Assembly (NCBI GenBank): GCA_951406725.2
Contig: OX597834.1
Coordinates: 1,302,001 to 1,366,000, forward strand
From: Octopus vulgaris
Taxonomy: Eukaryota
Length of the DNA: 64,000 bases
Direction of reading: 5' to 3'
This document shows, piece by piece, positions 1 to 13,756 of the stretch. The notes below the pieces were generated by a model. It was not told the DNA's origin and did not search any database. It was given only the letters and a program-made list of their open reading frames with translations. A program made the position numbers and the translations under genes. Each line of letters starts with the position of its first letter. The stretch's first letter is position 1.

Positions 1-400
1 ACCGAACAAGAACCTAAGAAGAAAAAAACTCTACTAATCACGGTATATAACAACCTTGCGACAATTATCGGGGAAAATGTTTTTCTAAGCTGACAAGAAT
101 AAAAACCAGGTATAATAATCAACAACTGGAAAGAAAATGCATGATTTTCCATCGCCATTGTGATCTCTTGTGATGTTTGGCCTGAAAGAAAGTGAAAAAA
201 AACTGTCAGAATAGAAAGTTCTTGAAAATACAAAGTGTTTAGAGTATGAAAGTAAAAACAGGACAAGTAAAAATAAAAGCGGCTGTTAGGATAAGGGATC
301 TAGGAAGAGAGAATATACAAGCTGTGCTGGAAAGGCAATTCAATAGCATACATGAAGCAATATAACCTCCATCCATAGAACATACAATGACCAACCAGTA
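1..400 (+). mobile_element. Highly degenerate 3' remnant of an RLE-type (R4-like) non-LTR retrotransposon
   Basis: Broken frames give KPGIIINNWKE..., LKESEKKLSE and SMKVKT, resembling the C-terminus of the better preserved copy at 8094-9310. Confidence 0.35.
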
Positions 401-2096
401 ACATAGAATATACCAGAACCAAATAGCAATGTAGCAGTTCTTCCAACGTAACACGTATCTACGGCCATGGCATCAATAATTCTTATTCTATCAGAAAATG
501 TTATGGTTTACAATTCTTGTTTTGTATAACTTTAGATTTAAAAAATGTACCTTGTGGTATACACATCAGCAAGCCAGAGTTGAAAGTTGTGGTACAGAAA
601 TCACGGAGAAACAGAGGTGAAAGTTGTGGAGCAGTAGAAACTCGTATGAAATTCGTATTGACGCAAGACCGTAAATTTGGGGTAGGGAGTTATCGATTAA
701 ATCGATCACAGTACTTGATTGGTTCTTTATTCTATTGGTCCCAGAAGGATTAAATTCAAACTGGATCTTGAGGGGAATTGAACACAAGAAGTAAAAGGCT
801 GACGGAAAACAGTTTGACCGACGCTAAGTCCTCAGCTTTGGTGAACTTTTATAGTCAAATATTTGGCCCTAGTACATAGCTGGTACTTATTGAACAGCTT
901 CTTTGGAGATATAAGTCTAAGTTTATCAAGAAGTCTAGGGCATGAAAAAGTCATTATCGAGGATGGCTTAATGGCTTAGATGATAATTGTATCTTTTTTT
1001 TTACAATGAGGGTTGATAAATTGAAATACCAGTTACATAATGGGGTTGATTATATCGATTACAGTCCTTTCTATTACAAGGCTGATTTCTTTTGTGCTTA
1101 ATCGATATCGATCTAAGTATTGATGGCAGGGTGTTTCAATTGATTAGAAAAACACATTTCTCTGTAACGTTGTCTGATCTGAAAATATTTCATCTGGAAA
1201 TAGCAGAGTGCCTATCGTGGATTAGATTCAGTAATTTAATATATACATAGATACTGACAACAATGAATATAAAACAAATATCCGCTGAGGTGTCCTCTGT
1301 TTTGCAATGCAACGTTCACTCCCATATCTCCGTATATTCACGAGTAATTTCCGCCTAGACATTTGTTTCTGCAAGTTCATGCATCACTATTTACCATTTT
1401 CAATAGATGCCTCACCATGATCTTAATCGGCGAAATATTGTTGGGAGGAAGCGGGAAGAAAGTTTGTGTAATCCTGAAATGGTTGGGAATATGAACATAT
1501 ATATGTAAATCGTGATGTGGAGATCGTTACTTAATCAATGTGCAAATGGAGAAAAGCAGACGATATTAAAGGCAAAGATGGAGAGTGCAAACCTGTATAT
1601 ACAAGGAGAAAGTGAAGAGGCAGGTAGCGAAAACATTGAACGTGCAGTTACATAAATCGAACGGATTAATCCACTCGATTTTGGGCTGTAAATAATGGAA
1701 TTCTGACTAAGAGAACAGGTATTAAAATACGCGTTTGTCGACTTTGTTCTTAAATTCAAGATCATATAAAAGGACAGTACTAACTATGACAGTCGTTGAA
1801 TATGGACGAAATTATCGGCGGTTTTAGATTAAGATGGCCGAATAAGAAACGAGCAGCAAATTTCGTTTGTTGTATCTCATGTTGTGCCGAAATAATAAAT
1901 TATTCTGCGAAACAACAACGGCGACAACAATAAGAATAATAAACAGCAACAAGAAAAATTACAAAAACAACAACAACAACAAAGCAAAAGACACGGACAG
2001 GCATTAAATCAAGACAAAATTGTTCGAAAACATGTTAAGAATTAGCCATAACGAAACATATTCAATGGATCGTCACCTGCGTACATGTATGTTTGT

Positions 2097-2185
<89 letters not shown>

Positions 2186-2350
2186 TGTGTGTGTGGTGTC
2201 TTCATTTTGCATTGTACTTTTAGATTTCTTCAACTTTTCACCTATATTTTCTAAACAAATGAACGTGTTTCTTTGTAAATTAACATGTGTGCCAACTTAC
2301 GGCAGAACATGTGTATATGGGTGTATATAATTATACAAACATGAATGTGC

Positions 2351-2407
<57 letters not shown>

Positions 2408-2573
2408 TGTGTGTGTAGTGCAATCGCAAATGAACCACTAAAAGAAAATCCTTTTATCACTGAGATAGAATCTAATTCATATTATTTTGAAATGAATCTT
2501 AGTTATTCATTCCGAATTGTAGACCAAAGATTTTGTATAACGAATTCTCTCTTTCTTCCTTTCTTTCTTTCTT

Positions 2574-2606
<33 letters not shown>

Positions 2607-2748
2607 ATTTATTTGTTGTTTCATATATATGAAGAAATACTCACGAATACACACACATGCGAAGACAAACGCATATAGAATTATGTAAACATACACACAC
2701 GCACGCACAAACATATTCACTAGTGTGTGTGTACATATATATATATAT

Positions 2749-2806
<58 letters not shown>

Positions 2807-3009
2807 GTATATATATGGATAGATATATATGCATATATATATATGTGTGTGTGTGTGTATGTGTTTGTGTCTGTCTGTGCGCATGCATAAATATATATAT
2901 ATATATATGTATAGATAGATATGCATATATATATATGTGCGTGTGTGCGTGCGTGTGTGTGTGTCTGTGCGCATGCATAAATATATATATATATATATAT
3001 ACATATGTA

Positions 3010-4266
3010 CAGGGGTTGGACAAAATAATGGAAACACCTAGCATTATAGCATCATAATTTTGAAATATCTATAAAACCGTCAAAAGCTTGTTTATTTTAA
3101 TGGGGTTTTTTTATTTATAATTAACGTTGCTTAATATTTTGCTAAAACTGCTGTTTCTTTTCAGATATCATCAGAAAAAGATAATAAAAATTCATTAAAA
3201 TGGCAGATCTATCTGACTTTCAAAGAGGTCAAATTGTTGGTGCTTATATGGCAGGCACTAGCGTAACGAAAACAGCCGAAAAGTTTGGTGTATCAGGAAG
3301 TACTGTCTTGAAAGTAATGACAGCCTTTGAGAAAGAGAGAAAAACTTCCTCGTCGAACAAAACTCCGGAAGAAAACCAAAACTTTCGGATAGGGACCGTG
3401 AGATTCTTACGCAAATTGTTAGAAAGGATCACAAAAGTACAGCTCCTAAAATTACTGCAGAGCTTAATGACCACCTCAAGAACCCAGTTTCCACAAAAAC
3501 TGTTCGCTGGGAGCTGCACAAAGCCGGATTTCACGGGAAGGTTGCAATCAGAATAACCACTACTTTCAAAACCAAACGTTGCAAAGCGTTTAGAGTGGAG
3601 TAAAAACAGACTGAATTGGTCCCTAGAGCAGTGGAAGAATGTTATTTTCTCGGGCGAGTTATCCCTTACCATATTTCCGACCACCGGCCGAGTATACGTA
3701 TGGAGACAGCCAAAATAAGCATTTGACCCAGACTGCCTTCTTCCAACTCTTAAAGATGGAGGAAGATCTGTGATGATCTGGGGTGTTATATCTTGGACAT
3801 GATTTCTCTTCATGGCAGAATTCATAGTCGAGACTATATAAGCATTTTATCTGATCAAATTCATCCTATGGTTGCGGATCTGTTTCCGGAGGGAAATGCA
3901 ACCTTTCAGGATGATAATGCACTAATACGCACAGCTAAAATTGTTACTGAATGGCACGAGAAATATTCAAGTGAAGTTGAAATCTTATCTGAACACCACA
4001 GTCCCCAGATCTCAATATTATTGAACATTTGTGGTGCATTTTAGAAAAACAAGTAAGGAGTCAATATCCTCCACCATCATCACTACAAGAACTGAAAACT
4101 GTTTTAGCTGAAGAATGGACAAAAATTCCTTTGGAAACAATTCAAACCTTGTACGAGTCCATATCGCGTAGAATTCAAGCTGTAATTACTGGAAAAGGTA
4201 GTCCTACTCCATATTAAAATTATTTTGTTTGTAATTTTAAGGTGTTTCCATTTTTTGTCCAACCCT

Positions 4267-4268
<2 letters not shown>
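3010..4268 (+). mobile_element. Tc1-type DNA transposon (1259 bp) with both TIRs and TA target-site duplication
   Basis: Left end TA|CAGGGGTTGGACAAAATAATGGAAACACCT; the right end reverse-complements to TA|CAAGGGTTGGACAAAAAATGGAAACACCT. It sits in a TA microsatellite. Confidence 0.93.
3200..4217 (+). pseudogene. Tc1-family DDE transposase pseudogene
   Basis: N-terminal [18 protein letters not shown]...GVSGSTV, then WKNVIFSGE, GRVYVWR, GGRSVMIWG, FQDDNA and PQSPDLNIIEHLW. These are spread over several frames with an in-frame stop. Confidence 0.9.
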
Positions 4269-4321
<53 letters not shown>

Positions 4322-4379
4322 CGATATATACATACATGTATGTAATATATGTAAGAGCATATGTGTGTGTGTGTGTGTC

Positions 4380-4740
4380 GAAAATGGAGCAAAGCAAAGC
4401 GACCATGTTGCAGCCACCCTCTTGGCAATATACTTTGATATTGTACTGCCACACGCTCTTCAAAACGCCGAGGAAGGTATTTACATAAAATGTCAAACAA
4501 CAGGGGAATGTTTTTAATCTGACCAAACTGAAATTCAAAAGAAAGGTTTGTATTTCACTCATTAGGGGACTCTTAATCGATGGCAATTGCGATCTAATCA
4601 GTCACTGTGAAACGGGCATGCAGTCCCCTGCATCTGCATTTGACGCAGCTTGGGATGATTTTGGTTCGACCTTCAACCTGAAAAAAACAGTAAGGTTTCA
4701 ACCTGCACGTGGTGTTGTTTACAACCCCACTAAAATGTAT
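4380..4740 (+). mobile_element. RTE-clade LINE reverse transcriptase fragment (degenerate)
   Basis: GAKQSDHVAATLLAIYF (GVKQGCVLAPTLF-like), GIYIK, VFNLTKLK, IRGLLIDGNCDL (IRELLxADDCAL-like), FGSTFNLKKTVRFQPA. Confidence 0.7.
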
Positions 4741-5581
4741 ATATGTATGCATGTATGTATGTATGTATGTGTGTATGTAAGCATGTATGCATGTATGTAT
4801 GTATGTATGTATGTATGTGTGTATGTGTGTGTGTATGTATGTGTATGTGTGTATGTATGTATGTATGTATGTATGTATGTGTGTATGTATGTATGTATGT
4901 ATGTATGTATGTATGTATGTGTGTGTATGTATGTATGTATGGTAGGGTATGTATGTATGTATGTGTGTATGTATGTATGTATGTATGTGTATGTATGTAT
5001 GTATGTATGTATGTATGTATGTATGTATGTGTGTATATGTATGTATGTATGTATGTATGTGTGTGTGTATGTATGTATGTGTGTGTATGTATGTATGTAT
5101 GTATGTATGTATGTATGTGTGTGTGTATATGTATGTATGTATGTATGTATGTGTGTATGTGTGTGTGTATGTATGTATGTATGTATGTATGTGTGTATGT
5201 TTGTATGTATGTACGTATGTATGTATGTATGTATGTATGTATGTGTGTGTATGTATGTATGTATGTATGTATGTATGTATGTATGTATGTACGTACGTAT
5301 GTATGTATGTATGTATGTATGTATGTATGTATGTATGTGTGTGTATGTATGTATGTATGTATGTGTGTGTATGTATGTGTATGTATGTATGTATGTGTGT
5401 GTGTGTGTGTATGTGTGTATGTATGTATGTATGTATGTATGTATGTATGTGTGTGTATGTATGTATGTATGTATGTATGTATGTGTGTATGTGTGTGTGT
5501 ATGTATGTATGTATGTATGTGTGTGTGTATGTATGTATGTATGTATGTATGTGTGTATGTGTGTGTGTATGTATGTATGTA

Positions 5582-5614
<33 letters not shown>

Positions 5615-6145
5615 ATGTATGTATGTGTGTGTGTATGTACGTATGTATGTATGTATGTATGTGTGTGTGTATGTGTGTGTGTATGTGTGTGTGTATGTAT
5701 GTATGTATGTATGTATGTATGTATGTATGTGTGTGTGTATGTACGTATGTATGTATGTATGTGTGTGTGTATGTGTGTGTGTATGTGTGTGTGTATGTAT
5801 GTATGTATGTATGTGTGTATGTATGTATGTATGTATGTGTGTGTGTATGTATGTATGTATGTATGTATGTATGTATGTATGTATGTATGTGTGTGTGTGT
5901 GTATGTGTGTGTGTATGTATGTATGTATGTATGTATGTATGTATGTGTGTGTGTATGTACGTATGTATGTATGTATGTATGTATGTATGTATGTATGTAT
6001 GTGTGTATGTGTGTGTGTATGTATGTATGTATGTATGTGTGTGTGTATGTATGTATGTATGTATGTATGTGTGTATGTGTGTGTGTATGTACGTATGTAT
6101 GTATGTATGTATGTATGTATGTATGTATGTATGTATGTATATGTA
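4735..6145. repeat. About 1.4-kb compound (TATG)n/(TG)n microsatellite
   Basis: Directly visible; source of the long YVCM/HTYI pseudo-ORFs. Confidence 0.98.
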
Positions 6146-6221
6146 CACACATACAGTTTACTCTAACAAGATTAATTGAATTCGTCTGAGAGTATAAGAA
6201 AATGTTTAGTGTAAATTATGA

Positions 6222-6462
6222 GTGGATGGATGGGTGGTTGGGTGGATGGGTGGGTGGATGGGTGGGTGGATGGATGGATGGGTGGGTGGATGGGTGGATG
6301 GGTGGATGGGTGGGTGGATGGGTGGATGGGTGGATGGATGGGTGGATGGATGGATGGGTGGGTGGATGGGTGGATGGGTGGATGGGTGGGTGGATGGATG
6401 GATGGCTGGGTGGGTGGGTGGATGGATGGATGGATGGATGGGTTTGGGCGGGTGGATGGGTG
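6222..6462. repeat. (GGAT/GGGT)n microsatellite
   Basis: Directly visible G-rich tetranucleotide array. Confidence 0.95.
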
Positions 6463-6464
6463 TG

Positions 6465-6640
6465 TTAGAATTTGATCAATAACTAGTCTGGACAGGCGGT
6501 CAGGATGTTTTCCATGCAGGAGTTTGCCTTTCCAGTTGTCTTCGATATTATTCATGCCAGCCTTCTTTGCTTTTTGTTTTATGTTTTTTTGCATCAGTGA
6601 TAGGTTTGTCACTTTTTCAATCTGATTATTAATTTCTAAA
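6465..6640 (-). mobile_element. RLE-type non-LTR retrotransposon fragment (region after RT)
   Basis: [20 protein letters not shown] corresponds to the WQEKPLHGKY motif in the 8124 ORF. Confidence 0.6.
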
Positions 6641-6794
6641 CCAGGAGAAGCAATGGTGGTGGTGGTGGTGGTGGTAGTGGTGTGGTGGTGGTGGTGGTGG
6701 TGGTGGTGGTGGTGGTGGTGGTGGTGGTGGTGGTGGTGGTGGTGGTGGTAGTGGTTGTAGTGTTCTTGTTGCTGCTGCTGCTGCTGTTGCTGTT

Positions 6795-7225
6795 GTTATT
6801 TTATTGCCTTTGCATAGCTTCTAACGCTGGAGATGTACTACGGTGTCAGCGGTCCACTACCAGTAAACTAAGGGAACACCTCTTATTTTCCGACCACCTT
6901 CTGGAGTATTCGAACGATCCCAGGCAGTGCTGTTTTCTGCAAGTGCTCCACCTTTATTGCAGCCCCTATTTGCTCCATGCACTTCTCAAGATTTTTACTC
7001 ACTGTTCCCAGGTCTCCGACAATCATTGGTACTACTACCACCTTTTTCATCGACCACAACTGCTTAACCTCCCAAGCTAACATGTCATATCTCTCGACTT
7101 TTCTTTCTTCCTTATCGCACACCTTGTTGTCAACCGGGCATTCTATATCTATTATCCGGCATAGTTTGCTTTCTTTCTCAATTAAGACTGTGTCCAGCTT
7201 CCTATTCTCTATCTCACGGTCGCAC
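6795..7225 (-). mobile_element. 3' end of an R4/Dong-like RLE retrotransposon
   Basis: DREIENRKLDTVLI...CRIIDIECPVDNKVCDKEERKVERYDML...VVPMIVGDLG...LQKTALPGIVRILQKV, then a 3' UTR ending AATAAAATAAC. Flanked by TAA/CAA-type triplet repeats. Confidence 0.85.
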
Positions 7226-7524
7226 TATTATTATTGTTGCTGTTGTTGTAGTTGTAATTTGTTGTTGCGGTTGTTGTTATCATTTACCATTTTTGTTATT
7301 ATCACTGCTGCACGATATATTTATCATCATCCTAATGATTCCCAAGAGAGAGAGAGAGAGAGATTTAAATATCAGGTGGGGAATAATTGTTTAATTTTCA
7401 TTTAATGAAGAACGGATGAAGGAGTGTGAAGGGCTAATGTACAAAATAGACATGAAACACTCAAGTCAAAGCGGGGCAGAGGCGGAGAAAGTGACTATAT
7501 TAATAAAGGAACTGTTGCAAATTC

Positions 7525-7579
<55 letters not shown>

Positions 7580-7601
7580 GTTGTTGTTGTTGTTGTTGTT
7601 G

Positions 7602-7632
<31 letters not shown>

Positions 7633-7641
7633 CATTATTAC

Positions 7642-7720
<79 letters not shown>

Positions 7721-8014
7721 GTTGTTGCTGTTGTTGTTATTATTGTGGTTGTTATTTCCTCCCACTCATCCTAATCTACAGAAAATTACGAGTGGAGGAT
7801 TTAAATTAAACGAAGCATAGGTTAAAGAATTGATAATACTTATCAAATATATTTAACTACAAACATCATCATCATCATCATCACTATCGTCGTCATCCTC
7901 CAATCATTAATTATTGGACCACTTGACAAGGAATTACTCTAATTAATTTAAACTTAATGAATAAGAGGCTGAATTTTTTATTTCATACAAACTTGATTCT
8001 CTCAAGTTCATGAA

Positions 8015-8093
<79 letters not shown>

Positions 8094-8095
<2 letters not shown>

Positions 8096-9305
8096 GAAAG
8101 TCTATATATACAACGTATAGAAGGTGGTAGAAGAAAGACTATATATACAACGTATAGAAGGTGGTAGAGGCCTTATACAGCTGGAAAACTACTATAAAAT
8201 AACCACCATAGGACTGCAAAAATATCTACTTCAGAAGGAAGGAAAACTGATCCAGATAGCAGCAAAACACGAGCAAAACAAAAAACTGTTCTCAGTATTT
8301 AAGGAAGCTGACAAATACAAACAAGAAATCATACCACCTAATAAACACAAAGAAGAAGAAGATGATGATGAAGAAACAACAAAAGCTATAAAACAAATGA
8401 AATCCAAACTAAAAATAGAACAGCAACGAGCCATGATAAAACGATGGCAAGAAAAGCCCCTTCATGGTAAATACTGCACTAAACTAAACGCAAAAGAAAT
8501 AGACAAAGAAAAATCCCAGCAATGGTTGAGAAGCCCAGGACTCAAAGCAGAAACAGAGGGATTTTTAATTGCAGCACAAGACCAAAGCCTCCCCACCAGA
8601 AATTACCAAAAACATGTAATGAAAAGAAATATTACAAGTAACTGCAGAATATGTGGAGATGGACAAGAAACAATAAATCATATTATCTCTAGCTGCCCAG
8701 TCCTGGCTAAGAAGGAATATATTCACAGACATGACAGAGTTGGAACCTACATACATTGGAAGCTATGCCAACATTATGGAATAACAACAGAAAAAAGATG
8801 GTATAGGCACACACCAGAAAAGGTCACAGAAAACGAGAAAGCAACCATACTCTGGGATATGCCGATACACACAGATAGAGAAATTAAGGCCAACAGACCA
8901 GATATAGTTGTCAGAGATCATGAAGAAAAAAATGCTTTCTAATTGATGTATCAATACCGGCAGATGACAACGTGTCTCTAAAAGAAATGGAGAAACTCTC
9001 AAAATACAAAGACCTGGAAATAGAGGTAACTAGAATGTGGAACCTGAAAACAGAAACAATTCCTATCATAGTAGGTGCATTAGGCATGATAAAAAAATAT
9101 TCAGACAAATACATAACAAAAACACCAGGACTTACAAACACATATAACATACAGAAAATTGCACTACTAGGCACTGCACACATCCTACGCAGAACACTTT
9201 CCATACAATAACCATCAGAGCATCACAACAAATCACAGCACATACCCAAGGCACACAGAGCTGCGCTCGGTAGTGAAGTGAAAGCACGCTATAAAAATAA
9301 AACTA

Positions 9306-9310
<5 letters not shown>
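8094..9310 (+). mobile_element. 5'-truncated R4/Dong-like RLE non-LTR retrotransposon inside a (TAA)n array
   Basis: ORFs 8124-8942 and 8972-9211 are joined by one frameshift in an A-run. Motifs: GGRGL, LHGKY, AAQDQSLPTRNY, CCHC finger CRICGDGQETINHIISSC, RHD, RPDIVV...DVS...KEMEKLSKYKDL. Pure (TAA)n on both sides (8016-8093, 9310-9400). Confidence 0.93.
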
Positions 9311-9404
<94 letters not shown>

Positions 9405-9424
9405 GAGGAGGAGGAGGAGGAGGA

Positions 9425-10100
9425 CCATGATGTATTTTATCTGTGATAATACAATCATTCCTTATATTTAACTTCAAGATGGTGGCCGACGATGAAGTCA
9501 GGTCAACTATAGCTTTGACTATGCTCACTGGAACTATGGCAAGTCGAAAGGCTTCTAGCATCTATGAGTGGGGGACAGAGTCAGAGGCTTTCTTCTAGTC
9601 CAGCCACAATGAAATTGGGTTGCTTCTATGTTCCCTGCGCCTCTGACACAACAGTTTTGTTTAACAACAATTGCTAGGCACACCCACAGACTCCCTTCTT
9701 CCCAGCCGTTTGCTCTGCTCTGACGATCTAACTACTTTCACAATGGTCTTTGCGCAAGAGATTTAAACACACCGTATATATTTTATAAATTAAGTTCTGA
9801 CATGCAATTGGACAGTAGTTGTTTTTACCATATGGGTGGTTCTGGTTTGGGGAATCAGTTTTGTCTCTGCCAGACCTAACCAGAGTGGTATGCTGCTATT
9901 TCCGTTGAGAGCTTGCTGCTATAGGTTGATAAGATATGGTCGGCAGAAGGTTAGCTTCTTGTACCAGTACCCAACAACCAAGTCTCTTCCACGTGCTTTT
10001 CCACTCTGAAGTTTTAGAATTACAATCTCAAGGGTATCACCATGGATGTTGTATGTGTTCTGTGTAATGCAGGGACAATAATTACATCGAATTTCTTCCA
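9425..10100 (-). mobile_element. Degenerate RT domain of an RLE-type non-LTR retrotransposon
   Basis: Minus-strand motifs VVGYWYKKL, PLWLGLAETKLIP, NYCPIACQNLIYKIY, EQTAGKKGVCGC.QLLLNK, WLD*KKASDSVP. Confidence 0.8.
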
Positions 10101-10834
10101 GCCACAGAGCTCCAAATTTTCCTCTAGAAGGAGTCTGTCTTCACAAGTAGGAACATCCATAGTATATATTGCTTCTCCTCTCATATCTCTGTACACTGCT
10201 GTTGGTTCCGATTAAATTTTCTGTTAATTAATTTTCCCTCGATTATTCTCCTCTGATGTCGCAGTTTCTCACTCACACCTTTCAGCTCTCCTGCTCGACG
10301 GTGATCAGTTTGCAATTGAATATCCTCTTTCTTTATGTCCAACCATCACTTCTGTCCCTTTCTTCACTTTCGTTGGTGATTTACTGGTAATGGTCTCCCC
10401 ACTACCAACCACTTTTTTCTCTCGCTTCGAAATCCATCAATGGCGTTTGTCTAATTGCTTCGATTCTGTTCACTTTTACAATGATGCATGTGTATAGTTT
10501 TGAATCTATCTATGCATTCATGCATGCATTTATGCACGTGCGGTCAAGGACAGCTAGCAGTGTGTAACCGTTGCGCATTAAGAAGAATACGGTTAACCGA
10601 TACACAATTATGTAACATACCTGTTTCAAAGGCCTTCACTGAGCTCTTTGCATATCTGCTCCGTACATAAATAACAAATACACAAATATTCTAGTAACAT
10701 TAGATAGAGTTATAGTCTATATTAAAAGGCGAAGATTTTCGTCATATTTGTGAACTTTATAAAACACATGGATTCACACGAGCGCACACATACACACACA
10801 AACACACATTTTTATATGTGTGCATAAATATATG

Positions 10835-10887
<53 letters not shown>

Positions 10888-11336
10888 TACGTGGATATAT
10901 ATTACGTGTTAATAAATGGTAATAAATTTCAAACGTTTCACTTTTATGAAGTCCGATAATGTTCACTGATTTTATGCGTAAACAGAATTTGTTTACAACA
11001 TGATATATGTGCACGTAAGTGTGTGCGTGTGTGAGTGCACGAGCATGTGTGCGTGTGCATATATATATATATATGCATGTTTGTATGCGTCATCATATAT
11101 ATGTGTGTGTGTGAGCGTGCGTGTGTATTTACATATATATATATATTGATATAGATATAGATATACACACACAAGCACACACATATATATATATATGCAT
11201 TATATAATACATATACATGTATATACACATACATGTGTGTGTGTGTGTGTGATTTGCGGTGTAGCTCGTAACTGGAGGTGGGGAAGGGATTTATAAATAA
11301 ATTACATACGTCTTCTTTTGCTATCCTCTCTCGCTC

Positions 11337-11431
<95 letters not shown>

Positions 11432-11494
11432 GTATATACATATATGCGCACGTATATATACGCACGTACATATATATCAATATCTATCTATCCA

Positions 11495-11542
<48 letters not shown>

Positions 11543-13264
11543 TATAGATACACCATTAAGAATATATCCCGCAACGGCGCAAACAGAATATATATATATA
11601 TACATACATACACGCACACATTTATACGCATACTCATACATTTATGGCTATCAATGAATTCATGCATACTAATAATGTTTTTTTCACCCTCATTGTTTCA
11701 TAAGCGAAGACAACGTTAATAGCTTTTTTTCCCGCTGTTTTGTCCAGAAGTAGGCGGCAGTGGTGGTAGTGGTGGGGGGGGTCGTGGTGGTGGTGGTGGT
11801 GGTGGTGGTGGTGGTAGTAGTTGTGGTCGGTGGTGTTGGTGTATTCCTAATGTCTTTGATATATTAAACATCATATACTTATTGTAAATTCATTGACATG
11901 AAAGCACGATGCCGCTCCATATATAATGCAGATGTCCCTGGTGAGAAAAACCGACCATTTTGTAGATTTTAGTATGTATAATTCGTATCATTATTTTAAT
12001 AACGAACTCAAGTCACGAAGAAAAAAATAAATTTACATCGCAATGTATTTCTGCCAAACACACGAAATGAAATTAAAGAAAATAGAATTTGTTATGAAGA
12101 AAGGTAAGGGAGTCTGTTTGAAACATGAAAATATTAAATATAAATATATTTACTTCGAAATAGGTTCATTTGTGGTTTAATATAATGAGCAGAACGGAAA
12201 AAATCGATGGTAATTAATGTGAATATTTTATGAGGTAAATTGTTGCTTGAAAGAAAAGAAAATATATCTGACTGTTCTTTTTTTTTTTTTAGTATTTTGT
12301 AAAATAGGTTTTCTGGCAAAAAATGGCAGGACAAGAATTAAGAGAGAACGGAACTGGTTCAAAGAAAACTGGATTTGTAAAATATACTTTTGCTTTTCAT
12401 AAAATATCGTACTTTTTCTATCAATCAAACCAAGTTTGAGTTCAAAGTAGAAAAAAGAAAAAACGGAACAAGAAATGGTTTAATTGGAGCAAGTGATCTA
12501 ATTGATGGGTATATATATATTACAAAAATATCGAAAATTCCTCTCAACAATTTATTTTTTACTTTTTAAATAATTTACAAACAACCATTAAGAATATATC
12601 CCGCAACGGAGCAAACAGAATTATTTATTTGTAAAAAAAAAAAAATAACTATTTTTCTTTTACAAATTAGCAACTGGACTGCAGCTGCAGATATACAATG
12701 TTACATTAAGTTTGCAATAATACAGAACAACCAGAGTGTCTCTTCCAATTATAAAGCTTGTAGTTAATTGTGGAAAATGCTTTCTAGTTCGAAACTCTGG
12801 CTCCTAATCAAATAATTGTGATGACCACAGAGCGCCTTACATCCCATCATACATTTTTCATTATTTCAGCGATAAGCAAATACACCGTACGTCATAATAC
12901 TTCACATTGTCTTAGAAACACCAGCAGTCGCCGGCAATTATTGAATGAGGCACACATCAATACAAATCGGAGTTCACTAGTTTTGTGTTTCATGTTAGGT
13001 TACGTTTATTTGCGTTGACAGAAAATGGCGAACATGAATAAGTGTTACGGGAATGTTCCGCTGAGATTAAAGAACAAACAAGTCTTTTGAAGAAACTGAG
13101 GCAACGGAAGGTTCAAGAGATGTTACAGAGCTCGGTTAATTAGATAAATTGATAGACATATGTTAGGAAACATTTTAATAATGGCTTTGTTAGTTTTGCG
13201 AAAATAAATCGACAAGCTTCATGATGTCGCTAGAATTTGTGACGTAGAAGTGGACATATTGTAT

Positions 13265-13300
<36 letters not shown>

Positions 13301-13718
13301 TAGAGAAATAATTAAATTGAAACAATTTCATTAGTATTTTATGAACTTTATGTTGGAATTATAGAAACATTAAAGTATGAAGTAGAAAGTCTGTAAGAAC
13401 ATGTAAAAGAGAAGAGAGGAAGGAAAAGTAGACATTTGGATATGATATATCTATATATATATATTATATATATACATATACATATATACATGCATATATA
13501 CATACATATTATTCATATATATACATACATATTTATATAACTACATATATATATATATTTATATATATATACATGCATAACATGCATATATGTGTGTCTG
13601 GTGTGTGTAGAGAGAGAGAAGAGAGGGATAGAAAAGAGAGAGAGAAAGAAAGTGGGAGGGAGAGAAAGTGAGTAAGCTGGACTGACAAACTTAGAGGCAG
13701 AGAGAAAAAGTATGTGAC

Positions 13719-13756
<38 letters not shown>

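Noticed and set aside
1125-1400. Possible mariner end (CAGGGTGTTTCAA plus an ERCIA..GHL-like C-terminus)
   Set aside because: No partner TIR found; too degraded.
2810-3000. About 90-bp tandem duplication beside the Tc1 left TIR
   Set aside because: Made of microsatellite blocks; simple slippage explains it.
4594-6189. ORFs of 400-520 aa (YVCM/HTYI repeats) and all similar YI/CV/LLL/VVV ORFs in the window
   Set aside because: Translations of stop-free microsatellites, open in several frames on both strands.
10925-10975. Minus-strand TCA-GTGAACA...GAAACGTT-TGA motif
   Set aside because: The CUGANGA box has two substitutions and stem II is not convincing.
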